Positions 51,758 through 64,000 of a stretch of DNA of 64,000 nucleotides are shown here, one piece after another. The position numbers were made by a program, and so were the translations under genes. Position 1 is the stretch's first letter. The number at the start of each line of letters is the position of its first letter. The DNA is from Mytilus trossulus (Eukaryota), in contig NC_086373.1 of the NCBI RefSeq assembly GCF_036588685.1, positions 40,858,001 through 40,922,000 of the forward strand. Direction: 5' to 3'. The notes under the pieces were generated by a model, which saw only the letters and a list, made by a program, of their open reading frames with translations, ran no database searches and was not told where the DNA came from.

Positions 51758-52439
51758 CACAACACAGTAATTGTGGAACATGACACATGTATTTGAATCT
51801 AAATTATGCTCTTAAAAGCACAATTGTAAAGATCTGATCCACTGACAATTGCAAATGATTTTTTTTTCAAATGGAGTCTTTGTTTTCAAGGCAAAATGCC
51901 TTTACAATAAAGTTATCTTAAATCAGCGGGAACTCATACTATTGTTATATAAGACAATGAATAGCCTTTCAATAATTTCTTGTTAAGGTAAAAGCTAGAT
52001 ATTAGAAATTCCAAACAGTTCCACATTAAATTATTTGATGGTGAGATTTTTCAGTTGAAAACGACTTTTTCGAGGCTACAGAAATATAATTCATATATCT
52101 GAATTGGAAAAAACAGATACAAGATAGGTTCAGACAATAAAAATAAAATATCGTGATTCTATGACACCGAGGCCCCCCTTTAGAAAGTGAACTGTGATGT
52201 GAGTGATACAGTCCTGTCTTGATATTTTATAATACATCTAATAGATATCTATATTTTGGAATTGAGGTCTACTTCATCAAACAGCCATCCATTTTTAGGT
52301 CTTGTTAGAAATTTCCATTCAATGAACATTTTCATTGACACTGTTCAATCCTGGAAGTATGTTACTTCAATGGTTCAATCAAAAAAAGTAACACCTAACG
52401 AATAGAAGTAACATTTAATCATAAAAATAAGTAAGTCAA

Positions 52440-52975
52440 ACACTCAGTCGCCGGAAGTAGCACCAGCTCGTCAGAAGTAACATTCATCATCCAGAAGTAA
52501 CACAATGTCGACATACACTCAGTCTTCAGATTCCAGAAGTAGCTCCAGCCCGTCAGAAGTAACATTCATCATCCAGAAGTAACACAATGACGACATACAC
52601 TCAGTCTCCAGAAGTAACAACAGATCGTCAGAAGTAAGATTCATCATCCAGAAGTAACACAATGTCGACATACACTCAGTCTCCAGAAGTAACAACAGAT
52701 CGTCAGAAGTAACATTCATCATCCAGAAATAATTCCGTGTCGGTTGACACACAGTTTCAAGAAGTAGCACCAGCCCGTCAGAAGTAACATTCATCATCCA
52801 GATCTAGAAATATGACCATGTCGACTGACACTCAGTTTCCAGAAGTAGCACCAGCTCGTTAGAAGTAACATTCATCATCCAGAACTAACACAATATCGCC
52901 TGACACTCAGTTTCCAGAAGTAGTACCAGCTCGTCAGAAGTAATATTCATCATTCAGAAGTGACACGAAGTCGAC
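52440..52975. repeat. ~75-bp minisatellite (~7 units, each with three CAGAAGTA sub-repeats)
   Basis: TTCATCATCCAGAA recurs at 75-82-nt intervals. Confidence 0.9.
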
Positions 52976-54858
52976 TGAAGTAACACCTAATGAAATAAAG
53001 TAACACCCATTCATCAGTAGTAACACCAAACTCTTAGATGAAGACGAACACCATCAGTAGTTACACCAAAGACATGCACCATTGTATCTGTAACATTTTG
53101 TATGAAATTCCCAACCGTCTTCTTGTTTCTTTGGGATCTGTGTTACAACACCAGAACTTAATGCTACTAGTTCACAGCTGAAACTGATAAATTAAATCAT
53201 AAATAATTTTGAGCTAGTATTTTTATAGATTTTAGCTTCTAGTCTTAAGCCTTTCCTTTAAACTATCTTATTTGATAATTCTTACTTCCACAGCTGAAAG
53301 AATTGAAACAGGATTTCTCGAAAATATGTCAAAATGTGTCTTCCTCTTTTATTTGAGATTCAGACTTTTTTTAAGTAGATACATTTTTAAAGGGTGTTTA
53401 CATTAAAGTATTATAATTCTACTGGTGTTTTTTCTTAGAATACAAAAGACTTAAATCGTCTGGTTATGAATTATGAGGCTCTTATGGGGAAGAGGTGTTT
53501 CCATTCTGTATTGTTTAATTTAAGGCCATTTTCACCTATCTTTTACTAATATTATAATGTGTGTTCATTTTTTCTCTATTATTTGTTACTTTTATCATGT
53601 TTGCCTATTTTTCTCTCTTCTTTATTACTGCTATCATGTTTGCCCATTTTTCTTTAGTCTTTGTATTTAGCATTTCATTAATCTCATATTTTTATTCCCC
53701 CCCCCCCCCATTTATTTATTTCTTTATCTTTTTTGTCCTATTATGTTAACCCCATTAAGGCCCTCCTGGATGACAGTGGCTATATGTCAAGAAAGTTACT
53801 TTCCCATAACAATTATGTGGATTTATTTATTTCCGCCAATATGAGTGGATTTAGAAAAAAAATGTGGTTTCGTGGCTATTTCATATTGAAGTTTCACAAA
53901 TTCTACATAAAAACCTTAAGATATATTGACGGACATTAAAAACGCAACACTAGATTATTCTTTTTAGTTATCATTTTCCACTGTGCAATTTTTGTGAATA
54001 AAATACTTAAAAATTAATTTCATGCATAACTTTATTGTATACTAAAAATTTGAAGTTCAAAAATTGAATTGATCTCGTCATGTTTAATGTTCAAATCATG
54101 TGGTATGCACTGAAACCCTGGGTTTTTCCTAACTTAAGGATATGTCACCGTCAAACGCAGATACTTCCTCTAACCAATGCCCAATCGATTGACAGAATGG
54201 TAAACCATTTATGTTGGGCATGTTTAGAGTTCTTCTTTTTTCCTTCTGATTTGGCATCTGTCCCTCCCATTACGTTTTTTTTTGTCAATTATGCAGTTTA
54301 AACTTTAGGATTAAAAATATTTTTCTGCAAGAGATTCTCTGGTATTTCAGTATATTGGAAACATGTATGGCGTTTATCTGTCTGCCATGGCATTCGACGA
54401 CTTATTTAGCCGTTGACGATGTGACCGTAAACATGTCTCGCAAAAGACGTTGCGTAATCAAACTTTATTGATGAGGCGTTGTCACCTCATATTGATCAGA
54501 TTATGGGTAGTTTTCAACAAAACCCGTATGCCTGTACCGTTGTTGTTAGGCCAGTAATAGGTGTTTCTGACGTGAAATTGTATCCAAGTGGCAGCAGTAG
54601 AGCACATTGTCATCTGTATACCACTTCCTTTTCACAATATTATCTAACAAATCGTGTATCATGTATCTACACACATTCCATAGAGCGGTTTATTTCGGGC
54701 CATACCTCCGATCTCTTCAAAGTAATGAAGTGAGGTTTTATATGTCTCTTCTGTTCGGATTATGATATTGCACGCAATATATCTAAAGTACCTATTACCA
54801 GTATACTTTTTCAATTGCTCAGATAATTCGAAGGAATGACAATGATAAAGAACAAAAC

Positions 54859-55019
54859 CTACCTTTGACTATGATAGTTGAGTCCAATGCATGAGAGTAG
54901 CTTATCACACAACACAGCACATTGCAACAATGACGTTTTCTTCAAGAATAAAATGTTGAGGACTGCTTTATAGTTTGTTGTACATTGGAAGAAACTACCA
55001 TCATAAAGGTTGTTCACAA
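54859..55019 (-). CDS. PAN/apple-like exon, probable downstream exon of FAMeT copy 2 (truncated or frameshifted)
   Basis: Acceptor TTTTGCAG, phase 1, reads (V)VNNLYDGSFFQCTTNYKAVLNILFLKKTSLLQCAVLCDKLLSCIGLNYHSQR*. The expected final Cys (RFCSL) follows in a shifted frame. Confidence 0.6.
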
Positions 55020-55672
55020 CTGCAAAACATATTCAAATACATGTTCTGATATTTTAATGCGAAATTATTGAATATATAATCTTACTACCGTATGCTATCT
55101 TGTTTAAATGGCCTTAAACCGTTCACTCCTAAATAAATAAATACACACAACCACTTATCCGAAGCATTTTTGGTCGGGTTATTTTTTGCTTGCATTTTAT
55201 ATTGTATATTTCTTAATAATATGTAATTCAATATTTGATCACAAGACACACGTTTCTTGTTTGCCTCAAACACAGATTATTTATTAGAAGGGATTTATAT
55301 TTATACAGTGGCAGATTCAGGGTGGCAGATTTAGGGGGCATACGGTCCCCTTTGATCGCCCAAAAAAATAATGATATGTTTTTACGATTTATATGATTGT
55401 TTAGCTTCACATGACGGTATATTTTCAGTTCTTACTACTCCCCCCCTATCCCCCCTTTCCCCCTTGAATATCACATTGTCGTTCCCTTATTTGGAAGCTC
55501 AGTCTTATGCTTTGATAACAGAAAATTACACACTTTCGTATCTTAAGAAATTCAGTTGCTTAGATTTTCCTACAAAAGCAATTTTGAGACTGTACAAATG
55601 ATTGGGTAAGACCTTTGCACTGGTACTGTTTATTTATAAATCATGCTTGAAAAAGATTGTATTCATGACAGA

Positions 55673-55781
55673 AGGTCAGTGGTTCTCTCTGGGCATTCCG
55701 GCTTCCTCCACCAATAAAAAGTGACCGCCACAAAATAACACATAGTGCTTAAAGTGGCAATAAACACCAATCAATCAATCA
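55673..55781 (+). mobile_element. V-SINE-like 3' fragment
   Basis: GGTCAGTGGTTCTCTCTGGGCATTCCGGCTTCCTCCACCAATAAAA..GACCGCCAC..AAAGTGGC followed by a (CAAT)n tail. Confidence 0.6.
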
Positions 55782-56119
55782 GGAGAAGTAAAACATAAGA
55801 TCCCTTACCAAAAGGGGACTTTGTTAAAACTGTGTCTACGTATATTATTTCCGCCTAACAGGAGTTCCCCTTGATACTTTGTTATTAACAAAGGCAAAAT
55901 ATCTATTTCAGATAAAACGGATATTCGATATAATTTATTAGGAACAGAAACTGTAATATTTGTTCCTTCGGAAATAATATTACAGAAAATTTCTACACAT
56001 GGAAATTATATTATGAGGTAACTTCTATTTCATGACACTTTGACAGGAAAACGGACAATCCTAGTCAATGAAGATCGGAATCGGGCTCAAGGTAATGTTT
56101 GTATCTCACTGTTTATACC

Positions 56120-56750
56120 GTCTTTACACTAAATCCATTGGATGTTGGATGTGTACTGATTGATAATTTAGTCTTAGATGCATGATTTTTTTTATTAGTT
56201 GTCAGTGACTTTGAACTAGCTGTCAGTAACTGCGAGTACTCTCAGATCTGTACTTAGTGTCTTTTTGTTGTTGGGATGTACAAGTACCCGGCCACGTCCA
56301 CTTGTATTGTAGTATTTGTATTTTTATCCATCTGATGAGTTAAGCCTTTTTCAACTGATTTTTATAGTTTGTTCTTATGTTGTACTGTTACACTACTGTC
56401 CCAGGTAAGGAGAAGGGTTGGGAGTCCGCTAACATGTTTAACCCCACCACATTCTCTAAGTATGTGCCTGTCCCAAGCCAGGAGCTTGTAATTCAGTGGT
56501 TGTCGTTTGTTTATGTGTTGCATATTTGTTTTCGTTCATTTATTGTACATAAATTAGGCCGTTAGTTTTCTCGTTTGAATTGTTTTACATGGTCATTTCG
56601 GGGCTTTTTATAGCTGACTATGCGGTACGGGCTTTGCTCATTGTTGAAGGCCGTGCGGTGACCTATAGTTGTTAATTTCTGTGTCATTTTGGTCTCTAGC
56701 TTGTGGAGACTTGTCTCATTGGCAATCATACCACATCATCTTTTTTATAT
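56120..56750 (+). mobile_element. Longest copy of repeat family A
   Basis: Matches 28322-28767 and appears to extend further 5' (left boundary approximate). Confidence 0.85.
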
Positions 56751-56844
56751 CACTTGCCTTGTGCGGGATTCGTACTCACAACCTCAGCGTTGACAGGGTT
56801 ATACAGTAGCTGGACTACTTAGACCACTCGGCTACTGAGGCCCC
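56751..56844 (-). mobile_element. tRNA-derived SINE head
   Basis: GGGGCCTCAGTAGCCGAGTGGTCTAAG (A box) ... GAGTACGAATCCCGC (B-box-like). No full cloverleaf. Confidence 0.65.
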
Positions 56845-59800
56845 TACTTCTCCAGAAGAGAAAACCAATTGTCGAAATTTCTAAACTGCCATTAAGGGCA
56901 CAAAATTATATCATCGTATACATGTTTTTCCTTTCTCCGAAATACCACTAACAAGGTTCCCATAGTTATGCTGTCATATCCATATCGAGTCTTGGATCGA
57001 TACAGATTTGGTTTTGAAATGCATATTATGGCGTTAGAATACAAAATACTGGGAAATATTTTGCTCTTAAAAAAACTTCATATAAATGATCAACCGATTA
57101 TGAGAGAGTTCATTAAATTTGATGATATATTTGTTATTTTTATTCCTTTCATATTTGTTTGAGATTTAAAAATCAACAGTCGTATATGTAAGGTGATCTC
57201 GGCTAGCTAGGTTTCATATGATTGATCTTTTACATGTGCGTATTATGATTGGCTAATATTATTGAATTAGCTATTTTTATTTGAAAGGGAATCTACTATA
57301 ATTTACGATATTGTTAGGGCTGATTAAGATAATGATTAATTATTGATAATAGGCTAGTTCTGTGTTTTTATTCAATGTTTTCAACTTTTATATTTACTCG
57401 ACAATCGGACTAGTACACTATAATACAAACTTCAGTTTACTGTTGCCCGGGAATGACTTTCGCTTGTCCCGAGAAATGTTACAACCTTTATTGGTATACC
57501 TTAATTATATATTTTTTTCTTTGCATAAAATGTAAATGCAGAGACAGTGGGAAATCTTGTGACAAAATAATACCTCCCCTGTAAAGACTAAAAACATGAT
57601 CTTTTTATTGTTTATTCCGTTTTATCAAAGACGCTTTTAATTTAAACTTCACAAGTAAACGTTCTTGTTAATAGTAACACTAAAAATGAATTGAAATGAA
57701 AACAAAATTTCCATATATTGTTATAATTTCCCTCCGAAAATAACAAACGATGAGTACTGCAGGCTCTAGGAACTTTGTGTTAAATTGGTTTAAAATATTG
57801 CTATGCGAATTAATTTCTGGAGTACCAACTTCAATTTATTTTTCTATTGGCTGTATACCTCTCTGGAACATATCAATTATCCGTAGATGTATGCAGCTAG
57901 ATCAGAGAAGTCAGTGGGAATAATCCTTAAGAATCGATTGATGTGCAGCAAAGATTTTACACGTTTGAAATTAAGTTACTAAGCAAATTCAAAAGGACCT
58001 AATACCGATTTAATTTAAAACATTGAATGTAAATAGATCGAGAAGACTGCAAATACACGAACAGAAATCGTTGTATAAAATTGTATAAAAAAATTCAAAA
58101 TCTTTTAACGGATAACCTACTTTATAAAAATACTTGTCTTTAACTTTTGAACGACTTTTGAATTGTCATATTCATGAAAAGAATATTTTTATATTGAAAG
58201 TTCACGTGACAAGAGGAAACAGCTGTTCTCGAAAACTTGAAATGTGAAAAATATGTATATTCTGGGAAATGGTAACATGCTAGGGACTATGTGGAACACT
58301 CCGAAAAAAGGTGACACGAAATATCTCTAGATTTTGTATGCATATGATTTTTTTCCATTTTTTTTTATAAATATGCAGCAAAGATTAACATATTTTGAAT
58401 TTCACTTTCACAAACTTCTAATGCAATTATCTCGATTAATAATGAACATAAACATCGTGTATTTGCACATACATAGTTTGATACATATGTTTTTAAATTG
58501 TTCAATTGTTTAGAAATAACTTTTGATCAGTATCGTCACCGGCATTGTTTTACTATTGGCTTTTTCTATTTTTTCTATGAGGTCAAGGGTAATGATAATT
58601 GGTCACTTTCGGTTGATCGAAAGTGAATTTTCCAATGTTTTCGGTCATTAGTTTTGCGACTGGTTAGCGGCCGGTTTGAAATTCGCTATTAAAAATTCAA
58701 TATTCAACCGGCCGTTAGCAGTTGTTTCGAAGTAATCAAAGAGATGAAAATCACTCATAGAAAGATTGGAAGAGTAGTTTGAAGAATCTACAAATGGTGT
58801 GGGAGGAGAAAGGACATTAAAATAGCAATATTGCTGATCATTGCAAAAACTGCAGGTCGTTAGACGGATAATCCCTTATTCAATAGATGAAATAAGCTAA
58901 ATGTGAATCAATGATAGCGGCAGGTCCCTTTATTTGAATAAAACGTTCGTGTAAATTGTAATTTCATATATAAACCAAATAACTATCCCTGTTACATGCT
59001 TCACCTTTTACGATTTATCTTTAGAAACAGAAGAAATTACCAAATAAAAATACATCTAATTAAGTTTATCAATTATCCTTGTAGGACATGAACCAACAGA
59101 TAGACCTGTAGCTAATTTAAAAAAAATGTTTTTTTGGGGGGAGGGGCATTTTTTTAAGTTGAAACATAGGTATATAATTATTAATATTAATTGCTTATTG
59201 ATTTTGAAAACAATTATTATGATTATATGACAATGAAATTTAAAGTTGAAGAGTATATTCATTTAATATTTTACAGAAAGGGCACTAAATATTATGTACT
59301 TTTTCAACGTAAACAAATTTAAAAACTTTTATTGAAATGGGGATTCAGTCGGATAACTCAGGTTAAGAGTTGAAATTTGACTTACTGTTTCAAGCCAATC
59401 ACTGATTAGTGTAACCTAAATTATTGATTAATAACAGGTGAAAATTACAGAGATTTATCAAATAAAATATAGACCTTACTTGAATACCTTTTTTTATATC
59501 TGGATTTCATATTTTGTATTTTCTTTTGAGAAACATATATATATCTTGTTAATCTTTAATCATTTATCTTTCAGACATACTTTATAGAATCACTTCAAGT
59601 AGTGTAGATCAAAAATATTTAAATGGGCAATGAACATTTTCTATTAATATACATTTGTGTAATCAATAATTAGGTCAAACATTTGTGTATGGAGATGTAT
59701 AATGAAGGGTCTGTTTAATTATGTAAGACTGAGGATGATTAGTAATTTGGTTAATATGATTAGCATTAAAGGAGGTGGGACATTGTTATTAAGCCCCACC

Positions 59801-60823
59801 CTGTCTCTGATTGTTTAGTGGGTATGGCAGTTGTCAATCAAACTGGTATTGCATCATTACTCTTACCTAATTAAAATGGAAAAAAAAAAGCCTGCAAATT
59901 GACATACTTAGAGACATACATACTTCAATGAACTTCTCCAAAGATATAATATAAACTTTTCACAATTTATATGTACATATGTACAAGGACATGAGACTTA
60001 AAGGGAACTATACTTCAGTGTGTATACAGTTAGGGAATTTATTAGCTAATCTGTGCTACATTTTTTTCTTCTCGTTTGGGGGGATAGTGTCTTAGGAATG
60101 ACTTGAAAATAATAGTTCCAATCTTTCTAAAATATAGTGAAAGCAAATATTCTGAATTTCATCGATTGAAACTAATTTTTCATTAGAATTAAAAGGTAAC
60201 AAGTCGTTTAGTTTAGGTTATTAAAAAATTAAATGAGTAAAATCCTGTCGGAAGTTGTATACATAATTCTAGTTTGTGACATTCGTTGTATTCTCTAAAT
60301 TATATGCCCGTATCCATGTATTCAAACCTGCATGTCTTGATTTGGACACTTAAATTCGTGGATAGATCCATCCAGGAAAACCACGGAAATATTTACCCAA
60401 CGAATAAAAGTACTTTCATAGAATTGAAAATGATTCGTATACGATGATAACCATATTTACATCCCAACTCCTTTATTCTAACAGGGGTGATCTGAGTCGG
60501 ACCAACCCTACCAGATTACCCTATCTTGAGATTCTTTGTTCTACATGCTTTCTTCTGTTCTGTAACATTTGGCGGGAATGTCGAACACACAATGAAATAT
60601 AAATTATTTATGCGGAATAAAGACTAATTTTCAAAATTTATGTAGAAAAATATCCACTAAACCAGTAACTATGCGGGGAATCAACCTCAAGACCTGAAGC
60701 ATGGGACGCCACGATTCATACCCCTTCAACAGGATTTAACACACGGGGCTCGTAAAGGGTATATACTATATAGTAATATACAAATATAATTATTGTATGG
60801 CATTCTCAACTAGACGTTATTAA

Positions 60824-61448
60824 GGGCATACGATACAGTTACAGGGGTTCCCGGAGGTAATGACGTTGCTAACGGAAAATGTTATTTTTGCGACGTTAAT
60901 CTGTTACATATCGGGAAAAGATGCATTTTTCGACTGATTTTTATCATTCAAACTGCTTTGATTTGAAAACGAGTTCATGGACCCCTATTTTTCAAAACGG
61001 CAATTTGTTTCATTTTGCATGGAGATTATGTGACCCAAATTTTATAAAACTGTAAACAGAGGATTTTTTTAAATTTTGATAAACATGCAGCAAAATATGA
61101 CGTTTTTCCTCAATTCATGAACATTTGATAAATTTGAGTTATTTCTGAATAAAAAATGCATATTTTTATTCGTATACTTATAAAATACAGAAATTACCGA
61201 TTATTTTACCAAAACAATTTGTTTTTATCTTTTCTAACAAAAAAAGTTATGTCTTTCTTTCGAAAAAGAAATTACGGCCTCAAATCTGAATTTGAGCAAA
61301 TATACAAAATATCGACCTCATTTCACTCAAAAAGTAGCAGATGAAGGTATATTTTTTATAACATATTTGATTTAATCAGGTAAAAAAAAGTCTTTATGCA
61401 AATGTTCATGAACTTGTAAATACAGGATTAAAACTATATCGTATGCCC
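60824..61448. mobile_element. Kolobok-like non-autonomous DNA transposon, 625 bp, TTAA TSD
   Basis: TTAA|GGGCATACGATACAGTT ... AACTATATCGTATGCCC|TTAA. The paralog has an empty single TTAA at 3731-3734. Confidence 0.92.
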
Positions 61449-62139
61449 TTAAGCGTAAACGTTTTTCATACAGTTATTCTAGAAAGAGCTGGGATGTAAA
61501 ATAGATATCCCACTCGGACTTGTGTCACGTCAGAAATTTATAGATTAAAAACGGACAGTTCAATAAAAGTTTGAAATTTTCTAACTAGTATGAAAGACTA
61601 CAAAAAGCATTTTCAAAGCGCTTTTAATGGAAAATATATTGCAAATGTTACCGGGGACATCTCAAATTAAAGTCTGTCCAATACGAATACCAATACTTTA
61701 TTAAACCAATTATCGGCCCTTAAAGGGCATGTTACATATAATGATTACAAATAGAAAAACACAATAATGACAATGCTTATGATAATATGGATTTAACGAT
61801 AGCAGTTCTTAAAGTTTTCTTATTGTAAAACATTTATAACAAATTAAAGCCACAATGTTGCATATTTCGTCATGTTCACAAGACAGAAGCCAAATAAACC
61901 TGTTTTCTGTATAAAGATTTTTTAAATTATAGCATATATTTTTAAAGAAGCATTTAACATTACTTGTCGCTGTTGCTCAAATGCTGGACATTTCATCAGA
62001 AAATGAATTTCATTCTCAATTGAATTCAAGAACAAAATTTACAAATTCTTTTCTAAAGTTCATTTGGATAAGTTATCAAATAAACAATAACACTTGTATT
62101 GAAGCGATTAAGAAATTAAGAAAAGGAAACAATTTTTAC

Positions 62140-62649
62140 CTTCAATCTGTACCTTCCATTCTCCTAAATTTTCCCAATTTGTGTATATTCCAATGCTTCT
62201 CACTGTAAAAGGATTTGGGTCGGTCAACTCAGCTATAACATTTCTACCAACGATAAGTCCTTTTCCCATCATTATAACTCCGTGTATAGCACTGATCCAG
62301 AATGGTCGGTATTCATCGCATTTACAAACGTCAGGAGTGTCGTAAAGGACGCTTTGCTGGCTACCCGGTGTAAGTGAATCGTCATTCCGTCTTTGAATAG
62401 CTGATTTTAAATTTGTCCAGCCACCAATAATAAAATTATACATGGACTTTGAGGAGTCTTCATCGTCTGAATTCGACATAATAATTGCAACATCTTGACA
62501 TGCCTTCACCTCAAATGTTATTGTCGTAATTCCGCTTAAATCAAGACCATTTTTGTTGATATCAACAACGTAATGCAAAATATCAGCGACTTGCAAAAAA
62601 CTCTTGTGTCCATTGTTTGGTGTTGTAAATGTATTTTCAATCACCAGTC
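62140..62649 (-). CDS. FAMeT-domain exon, copy 2 (signal-peptide exon expected just beyond the window)
   Basis: 510-nt exon with the same splice sites as 4581-5090 and one amino-acid difference. Confidence 0.88.
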
Positions 62650-64000
62650 CTATAAAATAATATATAACCAATCCAGTTCACTCAGAGTAAGACAGGAAAA
62701 TATATGATAAACAAGAGGGGATAAGATACTTGTACTAAAGGGGCATTCAAAACAAAAGAAAAACAGACAGCACCATGACTAGAAGAAGAAAAAGGAATAG
62801 ACACACGGTACACAAAACATTAAAACGAAAATTGGAAACAACAGGGGAAGAAGCAAAATTCCATTTTCCTCCTAAATTAATTTGCTATGACATACTCTTT
62901 ACAATTCAGTTTAAAAAAGGGGAGGGCACGTTAAGCAGGTAAATTACGGAAATGTTTATTAATAAGTCATCGTCTTGATTTCTGTTCGTAGTCATCAACG
63001 CTGTATAAAATTTGAAACTAAGCCCCTTTGGTTTGTTGACTCAAAAAAGAAAAAGAAAGGACGAACAAGTTTACTTAATACTACGCTACAAACGTATTCA
63101 TACACATTTTATATTATAGGAAGACAAAACTATACAAAACGGCGTACTACCAATCAGATAAAAATGTAATTTGTTGATATTGTAGTTCAAATTGGTGTAT
63201 CTTATTAATTTACTGATTGTAAACTTTTATATAAATTGAGGTCAAATATTTTTGAATGTCGTAGAATATGAAAGCTACATGTATTTATTTTATTCCTATT
63301 GGATGCATGTGTTGTGAGACATTGATATGATTATTGTTGCTTGATTATTTATGCAATTATTTTAAAATTTACGACAGAGAAATGAGACTTGCAGAATTTA
63401 GCCTGCAACCGGTCGTTTTACTATACGTATAAAAGTGTGCGATATACATATAACATACAATGCTGTTTACTGCTTTAATTATGAGCGAGCGGCAATATTA
63501 AAATTAGCGTGTTTAGTTTCTTCTTCGCAGTCCGCGTTCATACAATTTATTAATAATAAAAAAAAAATTATTTTGTTCTGTTTTAGATGAAAATTCAGAT
63601 TTTGGATTTAATATCAATAAAATCTGTAGCTTTGACTTTTATGTCGATAATCTACAAAGCTAAAAGAGTATTCGGGGTTTTTCTCTGGGAAATAAATGGT
63701 TCAAACTTATAGAGATAAAGTTAAGATTTTACAGGTTGTTCTCGCATATGAAACCTCTCTAGCAGTAAAAACTTTCTCAAATTTTATTTAAAACAACTTC
63801 CCGAATACTAGAACATTCTCAAAATCAAATCAAAATGACGTCACAAATATTCCTACTAAGTACTCAGTTGAAAAGACATATCCAATTGCATTTCAATTGC
63901 AATGAACAACATATGTTGATAAACAATGTAATTATTATTGTTCTCAACAAAACCTTTGAATTTCATGATGAAACAAAAAAGAAAAAGAAAAACTGATAGC

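Larger units (their letters stand above)
60033..64000 (+). repeat. Segmental duplication copy 2 (runs off the right edge)
   Basis: Colinear with 2918-6503. Confidence 0.97.

Noticed and set aside
52519-52797. 92-aa repetitive ORF
   Set aside because: Minisatellite-derived; neighbouring units break the frame and there is no splice or start context.
56751-56844. tRNA gene
   Set aside because: A and B boxes are present but the acceptor and anticodon stems do not close, so it is a SINE head.

Overview
AT-rich eukaryotic DNA with spliced genes and dense interspersed repeats, most consistent with a bivalve mollusc (Mytilus-like; inferred from repeat and gene families, not proven). Main contents: (1) an apparently intact 5-exon gene (34752-40425, +) for a 366-aa secreted protein made of four pleiotrophin/midkine-like 4-Cys modules, each followed by a Lys/Arg/Glu-rich helical linker; (2) two direct copies, ~57 kb apart, of a secreted FAMeT(Methyltransf_FA)-domain gene, plus a PAN/apple-like exon downstream of copy 2 that the ORF track misses; (3) an intronless B-box + NHL TRIM-like pseudogene; (4) a decayed AcademX-type DNA transposon with recognisable termini; (5) a retrozyme-like cluster (~348-nt tandem units) with three type I hammerhead ribozyme motifs; (6) several Penelope-like RT fragments that end without an endonuclease, a CR1/L2 relic, SINEs, many MITE/foldback elements, a near-perfect 1052-bp tandem array, and mini/microsatellites. 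No prokaryotic features or CRISPR. All alignments and translations were done by eye.
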